Shown: positions 20,221 through 30,626, numbered from the whole stretch's first letter. The stretch: DNA of 62,950 nucleotides, filler included, from 4 parts of 4 records of this genome joined end to end with filler, not necessarily neighbours in it, one strand, 5' to 3'. Notes: a model not told the origin generated them from the sequence alone. A program made the numbers and translations.

Positions 20221-21012
20221 TTAATAGGAATATTTTTTTGAAGGAAACTTTTTACTCTTAACGTCTTTAGTAAAATTTTTAACAGCATTAATTATATTAA
20301 CTTCAATATTAGTATAAGTTTTGATAAATTTTGGCTTATAGTTACTTGGATCTACGTTTATAATATCATCAATAACTAAAACTTGACCATCACAATATTT
20401 CGAGGACCCTATTCCAATAGTTGGTATATTCAATTTATTTGTTATCTCTTTTGCCGTATTCATTTTTATGCACTCTAAAACAATTAATTTGGACCCCGCC
20501 TCTTCTAGTTTCTTTGCTAGTTTTATTAAATTTTTTGATTCATTTAAATTTTTTCCAACACTTTTAATTTTGCTAAAATCTGAAAATTTTTGAGGCGTTA
20601 TACCTATATGAGATATTACTTTAATTTTATTTTTTGATAAATGTTTAACTATATCAATATTTTTAATATCTGTTTCAATTTTAATGAAGTCTGCTTTTGT
20701 GTGAGTTAGAATATCCAGGGCATTTTTAAGAGCTTCTTTTTTATTACGATATGTTTTGTAAGGCATATCAATTATGGTCATTGATTTTTTTGTATTACTT
20801 ACAACTGCTTTTCCATGATTTTTCATCATTTCAAGATTTACAGACCTGGTATTTTTCATACCATACAGCGTTGTGCCTAATGAGTCTCCTACTAAAATTA
20901 AATCAACATTACCATCTAACATATTTGCTAACGGCTTAGAGTAAGCAGTAAGACAGCTAATTGGGTCTTTATTTTTTTTTAATAATAATTTTTTGTAATT
21001 AATTTTTTGCAT
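20221..21012 (-). CDS. panB: 3-methyl-2-oxobutanoate hydroxymethyltransferase
   Basis: LTAY, LVGDSLG, DMPY, HIGITPQ and IGIG...DGQVLV. Start moved to MQKINY. Confidence 0.95.
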   Translation of the reverse strand: MQKINYKKLLLKKNKDPISCLTAYSKPLANMLDGNVDLILVGDSLGTTLYGMKNTRSVNLEMMKNHGKAVVSNTKKSMTIIDMPYKTYRNKKEALKNALDILTHTKADFIKIETDIKNIDIVKHLSKNKIKVISHIGITPQKFSDFSKIKSVGKNLNESKNLIKLAKKLEEAGSKLIVLECIKMNTAKEITNKLNIPTIGIGSSKYCDGQVLVIDDIINVDPSNYKPKFIKTYTNIEVNIINAVKNFTKDVKSKKFPSKKYSY

Positions 21013-21020
21013 TAAACAGC

Positions 21021-21719
21021 TCAAACAGATCGTGTAATTCCACCATCAACTCTTATGTTTTGACCTGTTATATACGCACCGCCTTCAGATGCTAACATTT
21101 CAACAACGGAAGAAATCTCACTAACTTTACCATAACGTTTTAAAGGTATTTTTTTTAAAAATTCATCTTTTGCTGGCAAGCTATCAATAAAACCTGGCAA
21201 AATATTATTCATCCTTATGTTATCCCCTGCATACTTATCTGAGTATATTTTTGTAAAGGATGCTAGGCTTGACCTAAATGCACCGGATGTAGGAAAATTT
21301 GAGTCTGGTTCAAATATTGCAAATGTGGAAATATTTATAATGGATCCATTTTTTTGTTTTTGCATTATTGGTGTAATTACTCTTGCTGCTCTTACTACAT
21401 TTAAAAAATAAACCTCCATTCCTTTTATCCAATCTTCATCTCTTATTTTAAGAATATCACCTTTGGGACCGTGTCCCGCACTATTGATTAGTACATCTAT
21501 TTTTCCAAATTTTGAAAATGTTTGACTAAGAAAGTCATTAATATCTTTCGAAGATAAATTACTTCCCGTATATCCAAAACCACCAAGTTCTCTAGCTAAC
21601 TCTTCACCTTTCCCAGAAGAAGACATTATAGCAACATCATATTCTTTTGATGATAAATGCTTTGCTGCATCTGCACCCATACCGCTGCCTGATGCAATAA
21701 AAGCTGCTACTTTTTTCAT
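21021..21719 (-). CDS. SDR family oxidoreductase
   Basis: Rossmann ASGSGMG, NSAG, and YITGQNIRVDGG motifs. Confidence 0.9.
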   Translation of the reverse strand: MKKVAAFIASGSGMGADAAKHLSSKEYDVAIMSSSGKGEELARELGGFGYTGSNLSSKDINDFLSQTFSKFGKIDVLINSAGHGPKGDILKIRDEDWIKGMEVYFLNVVRAARVITPIMQKQKNGSIINISTFAIFEPDSNFPTSGAFRSSLASFTKIYSDKYAGDNIRMNNILPGFIDSLPAKDEFLKKIPLKRYGKVSEISSVVEMLASEGGAYITGQNIRVDGGITRSV

Positions 21720-21812
21720 ATTATTCTTATAACACTATAAATAAAAAAGTTTATATTATTAATATTATGATTATCTAATACTAATAATTAATTTTATAAT
21801 AATAAAAAATAA

Positions 21813-23063
21813 TCAAGCAGTTATTAATTTTCTATCATGCAATGGTATTTCTTTTACAGGCAAATGTATTATTGCAGAAAAAGCACCAACTCCTATTCCT
21901 ACCCACCATACTAAATCATAACTCCCATAAATATCATAGAATAAACCACCTAACCACACCCCTACAAAAGAACCAATTTGATGTGATAAAAAAACAATAC
22001 CATATAGTGTTCCCATAAATTTAAGACCATAAATATAACCTATTATACCAGATGTAAGAGGGACAGTGGCAAGCCATAAAGACCCCATAACGACTGAAAA
22101 AACCACAACAGATGTTGGTGTTATTGGAAGCATAATGAAAGCAATAGCTGCTATAGTTCTGCCAGTATAAATAATTGACAATAAATATTTTTTTGTAAAA
22201 TGTTTACCCATAGCTCCTGCTGTTATAGATCCTATAATGTTAAATAGACCAATTAATGCAATAGAAAGCGCACCTAATGATGCAACTGAATTACAAACAA
22301 TACTTATCAAACTACCTTGAATAATTGGGCTGCTGGCTTCAGCAATAAAAGCGGGGAAATGAGCTGTAATAAAAGCTAATTGAAATCCACAGGAGAAGAA
22401 ACCAAGAAATAACATAATGTAAGTTGGATCTTTAAAAGCATCCTTCAAGGCGTCACTTAAATTTTCTTCTACCTCTTCTTTGGTAATCTTTGGTTTAGAT
22501 TTTAAAAGAGGAACTATAACAATTGTCAGTATACTTATAACAGCAAATACAACAAAAACTGAAGACCAAGGCATCATATCTAAAAGAATTACTGCAAATG
22601 GTGGTCCTATAACTTGGCCAGCTGAGCCAGCAGCTGTTGTAATTCCTAATGCAAGCGATCTTTTCTCTGCAGAGGCTGTTCTTCCAACGACTGCTAAAAT
22701 TGGACCAAAGCCACTTCCAGCTATACCAAAGCCAATTAAAATATTTAAAAATTGATGCGCTTCTGGAGATGATGCAGTACTACTTATTAATATACCTAGA
22801 GCATACAAAACTAATCCAATAGTTATTGCTTTTCTATCTCCAAATTTTTCCGCAAAAGCACTAAAAATAGGCGTTCCAATTCCCCAGGCTAAATTTTGAA
22901 TAGCAATTGCCATTGAAAATTCTGATCTTGCCCACATGAATTGTTCAGCAATTGGTATTTGAAATAAACCAAAGGTAGATCGAATAGCAAAACTAATTAA
23001 TAAAATTAAACTTCCGCCTATAAGTACAGGAGTAAAGATAGTGGAATTTATATTTTTGCTCAT
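21813..23063 (-). CDS. MFS transporter
   Basis: About 12 TM segments; GFFSCGFQLAFI and WLATVPLTSG motifs. Confidence 0.92.
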   Translation of the reverse strand: MSKNINSTIFTPVLIGGSLILLISFAIRSTFGLFQIPIAEQFMWARSEFSMAIAIQNLAWGIGTPIFSAFAEKFGDRKAITIGLVLYALGILISSTASSPEAHQFLNILIGFGIAGSGFGPILAVVGRTASAEKRSLALGITTAAGSAGQVIGPPFAVILLDMMPWSSVFVVFAVISILTIVIVPLLKSKPKITKEEVEENLSDALKDAFKDPTYIMLFLGFFSCGFQLAFITAHFPAFIAEASSPIIQGSLISIVCNSVASLGALSIALIGLFNIIGSITAGAMGKHFTKKYLLSIIYTGRTIAAIAFIMLPITPTSVVVFSVVMGSLWLATVPLTSGIIGYIYGLKFMGTLYGIVFLSHQIGSFVGVWLGGLFYDIYGSYDLVWWVGIGVGAFSAIIHLPVKEIPLHDRKLITA

Positions 23064-23111
23064 ATAATTTTAGAGATATTAACAGTGGAATGAAACGTAA
23101 TCTATTAGAAA

Positions 23112-23579
23112 TTAGACTCTTTGAGGAACGTGTTGTTTTTCTTCTTCCTTTTCAGGAATAACATAAGCAACCGCACAATGGTCTATACAATAAGGCTTAT
23201 CTTCAAACCTATCTTTGCCACAAAACTTAAAACCTGACTCATCAGGGTGACCATCTGGCCATTCGCATCCTCTTTTAGTTTGATTTGTAAAAAGATTTTT
23301 AACTGCAGGTTGAAAAGAATGTTGTTTAAGCACTTCTTTTGGTTCTTCTTTTGAAGCTTCAAATTTTAATGTTGGGACTATTGGTGATCTTGCTTTTTTT
23401 CTATCTGGCTTAACAGCTGTTCTTCTAATTGGAGAGGGTCTTCTTTCTAATCCAATTCTATGAGCTTTTCCGACAACAGCATTTTTTGTAAATCCAAGTA
23501 ACTTGCCTATCTGAGCAGTTGGTAGACCTTGGTCCCATAGCTCTTTTAACCTTGCAACATTACTTTCATTCCACGACAT
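23112..23579 (-). CDS. gcrA: GcrA cell-cycle regulator
   Basis: MSW...V..LKELW.QG...TKNAVVGKAHRIGL N-terminus; C.WP.G.P..F.FCG...PYC..H C-terminus. Confidence 0.93.
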   Translation of the reverse strand: MSWNESNVARLKELWDQGLPTAQIGKLLGFTKNAVVGKAHRIGLERRPSPIRRTAVKPDRKKARSPIVPTLKFEASKEEPKEVLKQHSFQPAVKNLFTNQTKRGCEWPDGHPDESGFKFCGKDRFEDKPYCIDHCAVAYVIPEKEEEKQHVPQRV

Positions 23580-23723
23580 TATTAGTCCTTTATATTTGTC
23601 TATATCTAGTAGTATATATTTATTATACTATACTAAATGTATAAGGATATAAAAACAAAAAACTAGGATTTTTTTTAAAAAAGCACTAAAGACATAGGTT
23701 TTTATGTATAAAATTAAGCAAAT

Positions 23724-24920
23724 ATGAAAAATTTAAACAATTATAAAATAGAAAATAAAAAAATATTATTCAGAGCTGATTTAAATGTTCCTGTTGTAGA
23801 TGGGATAATCACAGACATTTCACGTATAGAAGCAATCAAGTCTTCAATAAAAAAATTAACTTCTAATAATAATAAAATTTTTTTAATGGCACATTTTGGG
23901 AGACCAAAAGGAAAGATAGTTGATAAATATTCATTAAATTTTATTCTAACATCATTAAGAGACACACTAAATTTAGATAAAGTTTTTTTTTTAGATAATT
24001 TCGATCAGAACTCAGTTGAGAAAACACTTAATGAGATGCAAGCTGGTAGTTTATGCCTAATAGAAAATATTAGATTCTTAAAAGAAGAAGAAAATATTGA
24101 TTTAAATTTTGCAAAAAAAATGAGCAATTTATTTGACGTATATGTTAATGACGCTTTTTCTGCATCCCACAGGGATCACACATCCATCACTGGGTTTCCC
24201 AAATTTCTACCTGCTGTTGCTGGTAATCATATGATATTAGAAATTGACAGTATTAACTCTTTTTTAGATAATGCTAAAAAGCCAAATATGGCAATTGTTG
24301 GGGGCTCTAAAATATCAACAAAAATTCAATTGCTTAACAATTTAATAGAACAATTTAGTGCTGTTGCTATTGGAGGTGCAATGGCCAATACTTTTTTACT
24401 AGCTAATAATTATCCTGTTGGTAAATCTTTAGTTGAAAAAAATTTAATACAAGAAGCAAATAATATCCAATTAAAAGCTAACGAATTAAATTGTGAATTA
24501 ATATTACCTATAGATACTTTGTGTGGAAAAAATATACATGACAAAAATCCAGTTCATCGAAAAATCAATGAAGTTTTACCTGAAGAAATGATGTTAGATA
24601 TTGGAGACGCTTCAACACAATTTATAAGTAATAAAATTATAAATTCTAAAATGGTTTTGTGGAATGGCCCAGTTGGAGCCTTTGAGTTTAAACCATATGA
24701 TAAAGCAACAAATGCAATTGCTAATGTTATTAAACTAAATGCTAAGAAACTAAATATTAATACTCTTGCAGGGGGAGGAGATACTGTTTCTGCTATAAAA
24801 AATACTCATACTGAGGGTGGATTCAATTATATTTCAAATGCAGGAGGGGCTTTTTTAGAGTGGCTAGAAGGCAATGAGTCCCCAGGAGTAAAAAGCTTAA
24901 AAGAAAATAATCTTATTTAA
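23724..24920 (+). CDS. pgk: Phosphoglycerate kinase
   Basis: RADLNVP, HFGRPKG, NDAFS.SHR, GGSK.STK and GGAFLEWLEG motifs. Confidence 0.97.
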   Translation: MKNLNNYKIENKKILFRADLNVPVVDGIITDISRIEAIKSSIKKLTSNNNKIFLMAHFGRPKGKIVDKYSLNFILTSLRDTLNLDKVFFLDNFDQNSVEKTLNEMQAGSLCLIENIRFLKEEENIDLNFAKKMSNLFDVYVNDAFSASHRDHTSITGFPKFLPAVAGNHMILEIDSINSFLDNAKKPNMAIVGGSKISTKIQLLNNLIEQFSAVAIGGAMANTFLLANNYPVGKSLVEKNLIQEANNIQLKANELNCELILPIDTLCGKNIHDKNPVHRKINEVLPEEMMLDIGDASTQFISNKIINSKMVLWNGPVGAFEFKPYDKATNAIANVIKLNAKKLNINTLAGGGDTVSAIKNTHTEGGFNYISNAGGAFLEWLEGNESPGVKSLKENNLI

Positions 24921-24923
24921 TTT

Positions 24924-25463
24924 TTAATCTTCAATTTGATATTTTTTAATTAAAGGAAACTGCGTCATCGTAAAGATAAAAGTTATTGGGAGTATTCCAA
25001 AAACTTTAAAATTTACCCAAACATCCGTTGATTGAGTCCTCCAAACAATTTCATTTAAAATTGCTAGAGCAATAAAAAAGCCAATCCAACGTTGTGTTAG
25101 TATTTTCCACCCCATGTCTTCAAGCTTAAGAGCTGCCCCAAGTAAATATTTTAAAAGAGGCTTATTTATTAATATGCCCCCATAAAGAATGACTGCAAAA
25201 AGGACGTTAATAATTGTTGGCTTCATTTTAAAAAATATATCATTATCAAAATAAATTGTTAAACCCCCAAATAATAAAACAATTCCTGCACCAACAGTTG
25301 GCATGATAGGAATTTTTTTTTCAAGAATATAAGAGAATAAAACTGCAATTACTGTTGCTACCATAAAAGGGAGTATTGAAGCTTGAAGCCCGCTTCTTGT
25401 ATAGAAAATAAAAAATACTGCTAACGGTCCAATATCTATTAAAAGTTTATAAAATGACTTCAT
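24924..25463 (-). CDS. yciB: Inner membrane protein YciB/IspZ
   Basis: KMKPTI, NEIVWR and WVNFKVFG motifs. Confidence 0.93.
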   Translation of the reverse strand: MKSFYKLLIDIGPLAVFFIFYTRSGLQASILPFMVATVIAVLFSYILEKKIPIMPTVGAGIVLLFGGLTIYFDNDIFFKMKPTIINVLFAVILYGGILINKPLLKYLLGAALKLEDMGWKILTQRWIGFFIALAILNEIVWRTQSTDVWVNFKVFGILPITFIFTMTQFPLIKKYQIED

Positions 25464-25464
25464 A

Positions 25465-26379
25465 TTATTCTTCCAAATTTAGTATTGATCTTGCAAAATT
25501 TTTAGCACTAAAGACTGAAAGATCTTCAGGTTTTTCTCCAAGACCAACGTAGCTTATAGGTATTTCATATTTATTTGCAATTGAAATTAAAGCTCCACCT
25601 TTTGCTGTACCATCTAATTTCGTAATAATAATACTTGATACATTTAACTCTTTCCCAAAAATATCTACTTGTTTAATCATATTTGATCCATTGGTTCCAT
25701 CTAATACTAAAACTGTTTCAATAATGGTTTCAGTATTTATTTTAGAAACTACATTTTTTAATTTTACTAATTGGTTAATCAAATTTGTATTATTAGATAA
25801 TCTTCCTGCTGTATCAATAATTAGATAATCATAATTTTCTTTATTAAATTTTTCAGTTGCTTGAAAGGCAACACTGGCAGGATCTTGATTAGCATTGCCA
25901 GAAAAAAAATCATTATGATTTTTCTTTGCCCAATCTTTTAATTGATCTATTGCTGCAGCCCTGAATGTATCACAAGCAGCAATTAACACTTTTTTTTCAT
26001 TAAGTATTTGATTTGCTATTTTTCCTATAGTTGTTGTTTTACCACTTCCATTTACACCTACAAAAATTAATATTTTTTTATTATTAATGTTTTCTTCTAC
26101 TGATCCTCCCTCTCTTGGCTGAAGTATAATTTCTATTTCTTTAGATAATGTCTCTAAAACTGTTTTCGTGATATCTTGATCTGATGTTTTGACTTTACGA
26201 ACTGAATTTATTAATTTCTCTACTACATCTAAACTTATATCAGCAGAAATTAGAACAGCTTCCAATTCTTCTAACGTCTCTTTATCAACTTTTTTATTTT
26301 GAAAAGAACTAAGTATATTTGATGATAAAAAGTCAGATGTTTTTTGAAGGTTGTTTTTAAATTTAGAGAATAGATTCAT
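25465..26379 (-). CDS. ftsY: SRP receptor FtsY (no acidic A domain)
   Basis: GVNGSGKTT, DTFRAAA, DTAGR and TKLDGTAKGG motifs. Confidence 0.97.
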   Translation of the reverse strand: MNLFSKFKNNLQKTSDFLSSNILSSFQNKKVDKETLEELEAVLISADISLDVVEKLINSVRKVKTSDQDITKTVLETLSKEIEIILQPREGGSVEENINNKKILIFVGVNGSGKTTTIGKIANQILNEKKVLIAACDTFRAAAIDQLKDWAKKNHNDFFSGNANQDPASVAFQATEKFNKENYDYLIIDTAGRLSNNTNLINQLVKLKNVVSKINTETIIETVLVLDGTNGSNMIKQVDIFGKELNVSSIIITKLDGTAKGGALISIANKYEIPISYVGLGEKPEDLSVFSAKNFARSILNLEE

Positions 26380-27635
26380 ATTCTTTTGGCTATTAACATA
26401 TCATTATTAATTCCAGTATAAACACAAGCTACAATATTTCCTTCTTTAATTTTTTCATTTACAATAACGTTAAAGAAATTTTGATCTTTACCTATAGAGC
26501 TTTCATTTTGGACTTTTTCAATTAAAATTAAATCTTTTTCACCTACTTTTTTTGTAAGATGCTTTTTAAGTTTTTTAATTCCCATCTGACGCAACCTATT
26601 CGCTCTATCTTTAATTACAGATTTATCAACTTGTGGCATGAGTGCAGCAGGAGTATTAATACGAGGAGAATAAGGAAAGACATGAAGGTGAGTAAGATGA
26701 CACTGATTAACTAAGTCTAAAGTATCTTTGAACATCTCATCAGTTTCTGTAGGGAATCCTGCAATAAGATCTGCTCCAAAAGTTGCTTCATTTCTTTTAG
26801 ACAAAACTTTATTACAAAAATCGATTGCCATTTCTCTTGAGTGACGTCTTTTCATTCTTTTTAAAATCAAATTATTACCTGCTTGTAAACTTATATGAAA
26901 GTGAGGCATTAATTTTTTTTCAGATAACAAATCCCAAAACTCCTCATCAATTTCTGCACAATCAATTGATGATAATCTTAATTGTTCTAGATCAGGAACA
27001 AGTTTTATTATCCTCTTGATTAAATTTGAAAATGTTGGTTGTGCAGGTAAATCCTTACCATAGTCGGTTATATCAACGCCGGTTAAAACAACTTCTTTAT
27101 AACCATTTTTAACAATTTTCTTTATTCTCCCAACTATTTCCCCAGCTGGCACACTCCTATTGTTTCCTCTGCCGTAAGGTATGATACAAAAAGTGCAACG
27201 ATGATCACAACCTTGCTGAATTTCAATATATGCTCTTGATTTACCATCAAATTTTTCAATTGTAGAAGGAACTGTTTTTTTTTCTAACAAAATATCATCA
27301 ACTTGTATTGGCTCTGAAAAATTTAAATTACTCCACACATCAGAAAGTAATTTTTCTTTGTTTCCTAAAACTAAATCAACCTCTTTTAGAGTATGATATT
27401 TTTTGGGATTTATTTGTGCTGCGCACCCCGTAACAATAATTTTATTTTCAGGATTTATTCTTTTTGCTTTTCGTATTTCATATGCAACTTTTTTTTCTGC
27501 CTCAGCAGTAACTGCACACGAATTTATAACTGTGACATTTTTTAAATTATTATTATTTAGATGATTTTTTATAATCTCACCCTCATAAATATTTAGTCTA
27601 CAACCAAGATTAATAAGAGAATTTTTTTTATCCAT
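26376..27635 (-). CDS. mtaB: tRNA t6A37 methylthiotransferase MtaB
   Basis: GCRLN, NSCAVT, radical SAM CDHRCTFC; ftsY-mtaB-dapF synteny. Confidence 0.93.
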   Translation of the reverse strand: MDKKNSLINLGCRLNIYEGEIIKNHLNNNNLKNVTVINSCAVTAEAEKKVAYEIRKAKRINPENKIIVTGCAAQINPKKYHTLKEVDLVLGNKEKLLSDVWSNLNFSEPIQVDDILLEKKTVPSTIEKFDGKSRAYIEIQQGCDHRCTFCIIPYGRGNNRSVPAGEIVGRIKKIVKNGYKEVVLTGVDITDYGKDLPAQPTFSNLIKRIIKLVPDLEQLRLSSIDCAEIDEEFWDLLSEKKLMPHFHISLQAGNNLILKRMKRRHSREMAIDFCNKVLSKRNEATFGADLIAGFPTETDEMFKDTLDLVNQCHLTHLHVFPYSPRINTPAALMPQVDKSVIKDRANRLRQMGIKKLKKHLTKKVGEKDLILIEKVQNESSIGKDQNFFNVIVNEKIKEGNIVACVYTGINNDMLIAKRI

Positions 27636-28456
27636 TATTTAATTTGAATATTTCCATGATAACTAATTTCTGCAGGACCAGTCATGATAGCTTCTTCATC
27701 AATTATATTTATATGCAAGGAACCTTTTTCAAGTTGAACTTCAGTACTGCTTTCAATTAATTTTTTTTTCCACCCTGCATAAACAGCTGCACAGGCACCG
27801 CTTCCACATGCAAGTGTTGCACCTGCTCCTCTCTCCCACACTTTCATTTTAATTGTATTCGAATTTAATATTTCAATAAACTCAACATTAGTTTTTCTTG
27901 GAAAAAAATAATGTTTTTCAATTTTTGACCCTACTTGACTCAAATTTATATTTTCAATTGATTTTCCAAAAAAAACAATATGAGGATTACCAATATTTAC
28001 TGCAATTCCATTATCAAAACCTTCAACTTTAATTGGGATGTTTAATGGGTCCATTTCTTCACTAAGGGGTATTTTATCCCAATCTGTAGTCATTTTTCCC
28101 ATGTTTACACTTATTTCATTCCCAACTTTTTTTGCTATTAGTGTTCCTGCATCTGATAGAATTTTTAGAGTTTCTTTTTCATTATTTTCATCAAAAAGAA
28201 TTTTTGCAACGCACCTAGTTCCATTTCCGCATGCCTCTGCCTTATCTCCAGCAGGATTAAATATATCAATACTAACATCTACATTATCAATTGTTGGTTG
28301 ATTAATAGTAATGAGTTGGTCACAACCAGCACCTGTTCTTCGATCACTTAATTTTTGAATTAAATTATCATTAATTTCAATTTTATTTAATCTCCTGTCA
28401 ATGATCACAAAATCGTTTCCTAAGCCATGCATTTTTGTAAATTCTATTTTTTGCAT
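27635..28456 (-). CDS. dapF: Diaminopimelate epimerase
   Basis: KMHGLGNDF, CGNG, GNPH and ERGAG.TLACGSG. Start moved to MQKIEF. Confidence 0.97.
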   Translation of the reverse strand: MQKIEFTKMHGLGNDFVIIDRRLNKIEINDNLIQKLSDRRTGAGCDQLITINQPTIDNVDVSIDIFNPAGDKAEACGNGTRCVAKILFDENNEKETLKILSDAGTLIAKKVGNEISVNMGKMTTDWDKIPLSEEMDPLNIPIKVEGFDNGIAVNIGNPHIVFFGKSIENINLSQVGSKIEKHYFFPRKTNVEFIEILNSNTIKMKVWERGAGATLACGSGACAAVYAGWKKKLIESSTEVQLEKGSLHINIIDEEAIMTGPAEISYHGNIQIK

Positions 28457-28601
28457 AAAGCCTCTATAACCCAATTTACCTACAAATCTTGGAAAAATTT
28501 TAAATTTTAAGAAAACTTGACTTTATTAGTCTTAATAAATAAATGGGTTTCTACAAATCCTAAATTGTAAAGTAAAAAAGCTTGTTGCAATTGTGATAGG
28601 T

Positions 28602-28632
28602 ACATCAGCCCACGAGTTTCGTGCCCTGGTGT
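28602..28632 (+). ncRNA. Bulged hairpin in ffh 5' leader (candidate ffh leader motif)
   Basis: ACATCAG-CC-CACGA-GTT-TCGTG-CC-CTGGTGT, a GC-rich hairpin in AT-rich DNA 20 nt before the ffh ATG. Confidence 0.7.
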
Positions 28633-28652
28633 TAAACTGCTATTGGAGAAAA

Positions 28653-30017
28653 ATGTTTGAAACATTAAATGATAAATTTGAAAAAATTGTTCGTGGAATA
28701 CGAGGCAAAGCAGTTATTTCTGAATCAGATTTAGACTCTACACTTCGAGAAATCCGTATTGCTCTTTTAGAGGCTGATGTTGCTTTAGTGGTTGTGAAGT
28801 ATTTTATTAGCTCAGTTAAAGAAAATATTTTAGGTAGAGAGGTTTTAAAGTCGATCAAGCCCGATCAGATGATTATCAAGCTTGTGCAAGATGAATTGGT
28901 AAATATTCTTGGTTCCGAAAACCAACCTCTTAATATTGTAACATCGCAAATGACAAAAATTTTATTTTGTGGACTGCAGGGATCTGGAAAAACAACGTCT
29001 GTTGCAAAACTTGCAAACCATTTAGTGAAATCCTCAAAGAAAAAAATTTTATTATCTTCTGCAGACATTTATAGACCAGCAGCACAAGAGCAACTGAAGG
29101 TCTTAGCAGAACAAGTTCACGTAGATTTTTTTAATCATAATTTTAATTCTGCCAAGCAGATAGTTAGTGCAACTCTAGAATATGCTCAGAAAAATTTATT
29201 TGATGTTGTAATTCTTGACACAGCAGGAAGACAGGTAGTGGATGAAGACTTAATGAAAGAATTAATTGAGATTGAAAAATCTTTTAAACCGCAAGAAACT
29301 TTGCTCGTTGCAGATGCCCTAACAGGACAAGATGCTGCAAATATAGCAAAAAGTTTTAGTGAAGCTGTAAATATTACAGGTTCGATACTCACACGTATTG
29401 ATGGAGATAGTAGAGGTGGTGCTGCCTTATCTATTAAATCAATAACTAATTCTCCAGTAAAATTCATTGGAGTTGGAGAAAAGATAGAAAACTTCGAATC
29501 TTTCCATCCTGAGAGAATTGCCCAACGTATTTTAGGAATGGGAGATATTGTTAGTTTGGTTGAAAAAGCTGCCGAAAATTTTGATCAAGAAGAGATGGAA
29601 AATTTAGCAAAAAAAATGTCCAAGGGTAATTTCGACTTAGATGATTTTGCAAAGCAATTAAAACAAATGGGAAACATGGGAGGTGTATCAGGTATATTAT
29701 CTTTGCTTCCAGGGGTTTCAAAAGCGCAAAAGTTAATGGCTGAAAACAAAATATCAGACAGCTTAATTAATCATCAAATTGCTATTATTAATTCTATGAC
29801 TAAAAATGAAAGAGCTGATCCTAACTTAATCAAGGCTTCTAGAAAAATAAGAATATCAAAGGGATCTGGAACCAGAGTACAGGATGTAAATAAGCTTTTA
29901 AAACAGTTTCTCCAATCGCAAAAAATGATGAAGAGAATGAAATCAATGGGTAAGGGTGGAATGCCTAATGATTTAATGCAAAAATTGCAAGGTAACTTCC
30001 CGCCCAAATTTAACTAA
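28653..30017 (+). CDS. ffh: Signal recognition particle protein Ffh
   Basis: MFETL start after [18 protein letters not shown] and Met-rich M domain. Confidence 0.98.
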   Translation: MFETLNDKFEKIVRGIRGKAVISESDLDSTLREIRIALLEADVALVVVKYFISSVKENILGREVLKSIKPDQMIIKLVQDELVNILGSENQPLNIVTSQMTKILFCGLQGSGKTTSVAKLANHLVKSSKKKILLSSADIYRPAAQEQLKVLAEQVHVDFFNHNFNSAKQIVSATLEYAQKNLFDVVILDTAGRQVVDEDLMKELIEIEKSFKPQETLLVADALTGQDAANIAKSFSEAVNITGSILTRIDGDSRGGAALSIKSITNSPVKFIGVGEKIENFESFHPERIAQRILGMGDIVSLVEKAAENFDQEEMENLAKKMSKGNFDLDDFAKQLKQMGNMGGVSGILSLLPGVSKAQKLMAENKISDSLINHQIAIINSMTKNERADPNLIKASRKIRISKGSGTRVQDVNKLLKQFLQSQKMMKRMKSMGKGGMPNDLMQKLQGNFPPKFN

Positions 30018-30036
30018 AATAAGAAAGGAAAAAATT

Positions 30037-30449
30037 ATGCCAGTAAGAATAAGATTAGCAAGAGGTGGAGCAAAAAAAAGACCCTTCTATAGAATAGTTG
30101 TTGCAGACTCTAGACGCGCAAGAGATGGTAAATTTATTGATCAAGTAGGTACGTATAATCCAATGCTTCCGAAAGACAGTCCAGAGAGAGTAAAAATTGA
30201 TGTTGAAAAAACAAAAGATTGGATAGCGAAAGGAGCTCAACCTTCTGACAGAGTAACTTTATTTTTAAGTAAATTAGATGTTGTTGAGAAACCAGTTATT
30301 ACTGAAAAAACAAAAAAACATTTACCAAAGAAAAAAGCTCAAGAAAGATTAGCTGCAGCTAAAGAAAAAGAAGAAGCAGCTAAGGCGGCTGCTGAAATAC
30401 CAGAAGAAGCAGAAGCAACAGCACCAGCAGAAGCACCAGCAGAAGCAGA
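30037..30449 (+). CDS. rpsP: 30S ribosomal protein S16 with Ala/Glu/Pro-rich tail (3' truncated at gap)
   Basis: [22 protein letters not shown] and GAQPSDRV motifs. Confidence 0.97.
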
Positions 30450-30549
30450 NNNNNNNNNNNNNNNNNNNNNNNNNNNNNNNNNNNNNNNNNNNNTTAATTA
30501 ATTAANNNNNNNNNNNNNNNNNNNNNNNNNNNNNNNNNNNNNNNNNNNN
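30450..30549. other. Artificial contig spacer
   Basis: 44 N + TTAATTAATTAA + 44 N. Confidence 0.99.
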
Positions 30550-30567
30550 ATGTATATCTTTTTTCAT
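30550..30567 (-). CDS. rpmE: 50S ribosomal protein L31, first 6 codons
   Basis: Reads MKKDIH, the canonical L31 start; divergent from priA as in many gammaproteobacteria. Confidence 0.8.
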
Positions 30568-30591
30568 AATAAAATCAAAATTTGGATGAGA

Positions 30592-30619
30592 ATCATAACA
30601 AAAAACCTCTTCTTTACAA
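30592..30619 (-). promoter_or_regulatory. sigma70 promoter of rpmE (copy C)
   Basis: TTGTAA-N16-TATGAT with extended TGn; the same layout is conserved at 62881-62908. Confidence 0.6.
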
Positions 30620-30626
30620 TGGAAAA

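Noticed and set aside
30582..30626. Conserved 15-aa N-terminal extension of PriA (MDEN.NKK.LLY..K in both copies)
   Set aside because: The conservation is explained by the overlapping rpmE promoter and leader on the opposite strand; the downstream ATG is the more plausible start.
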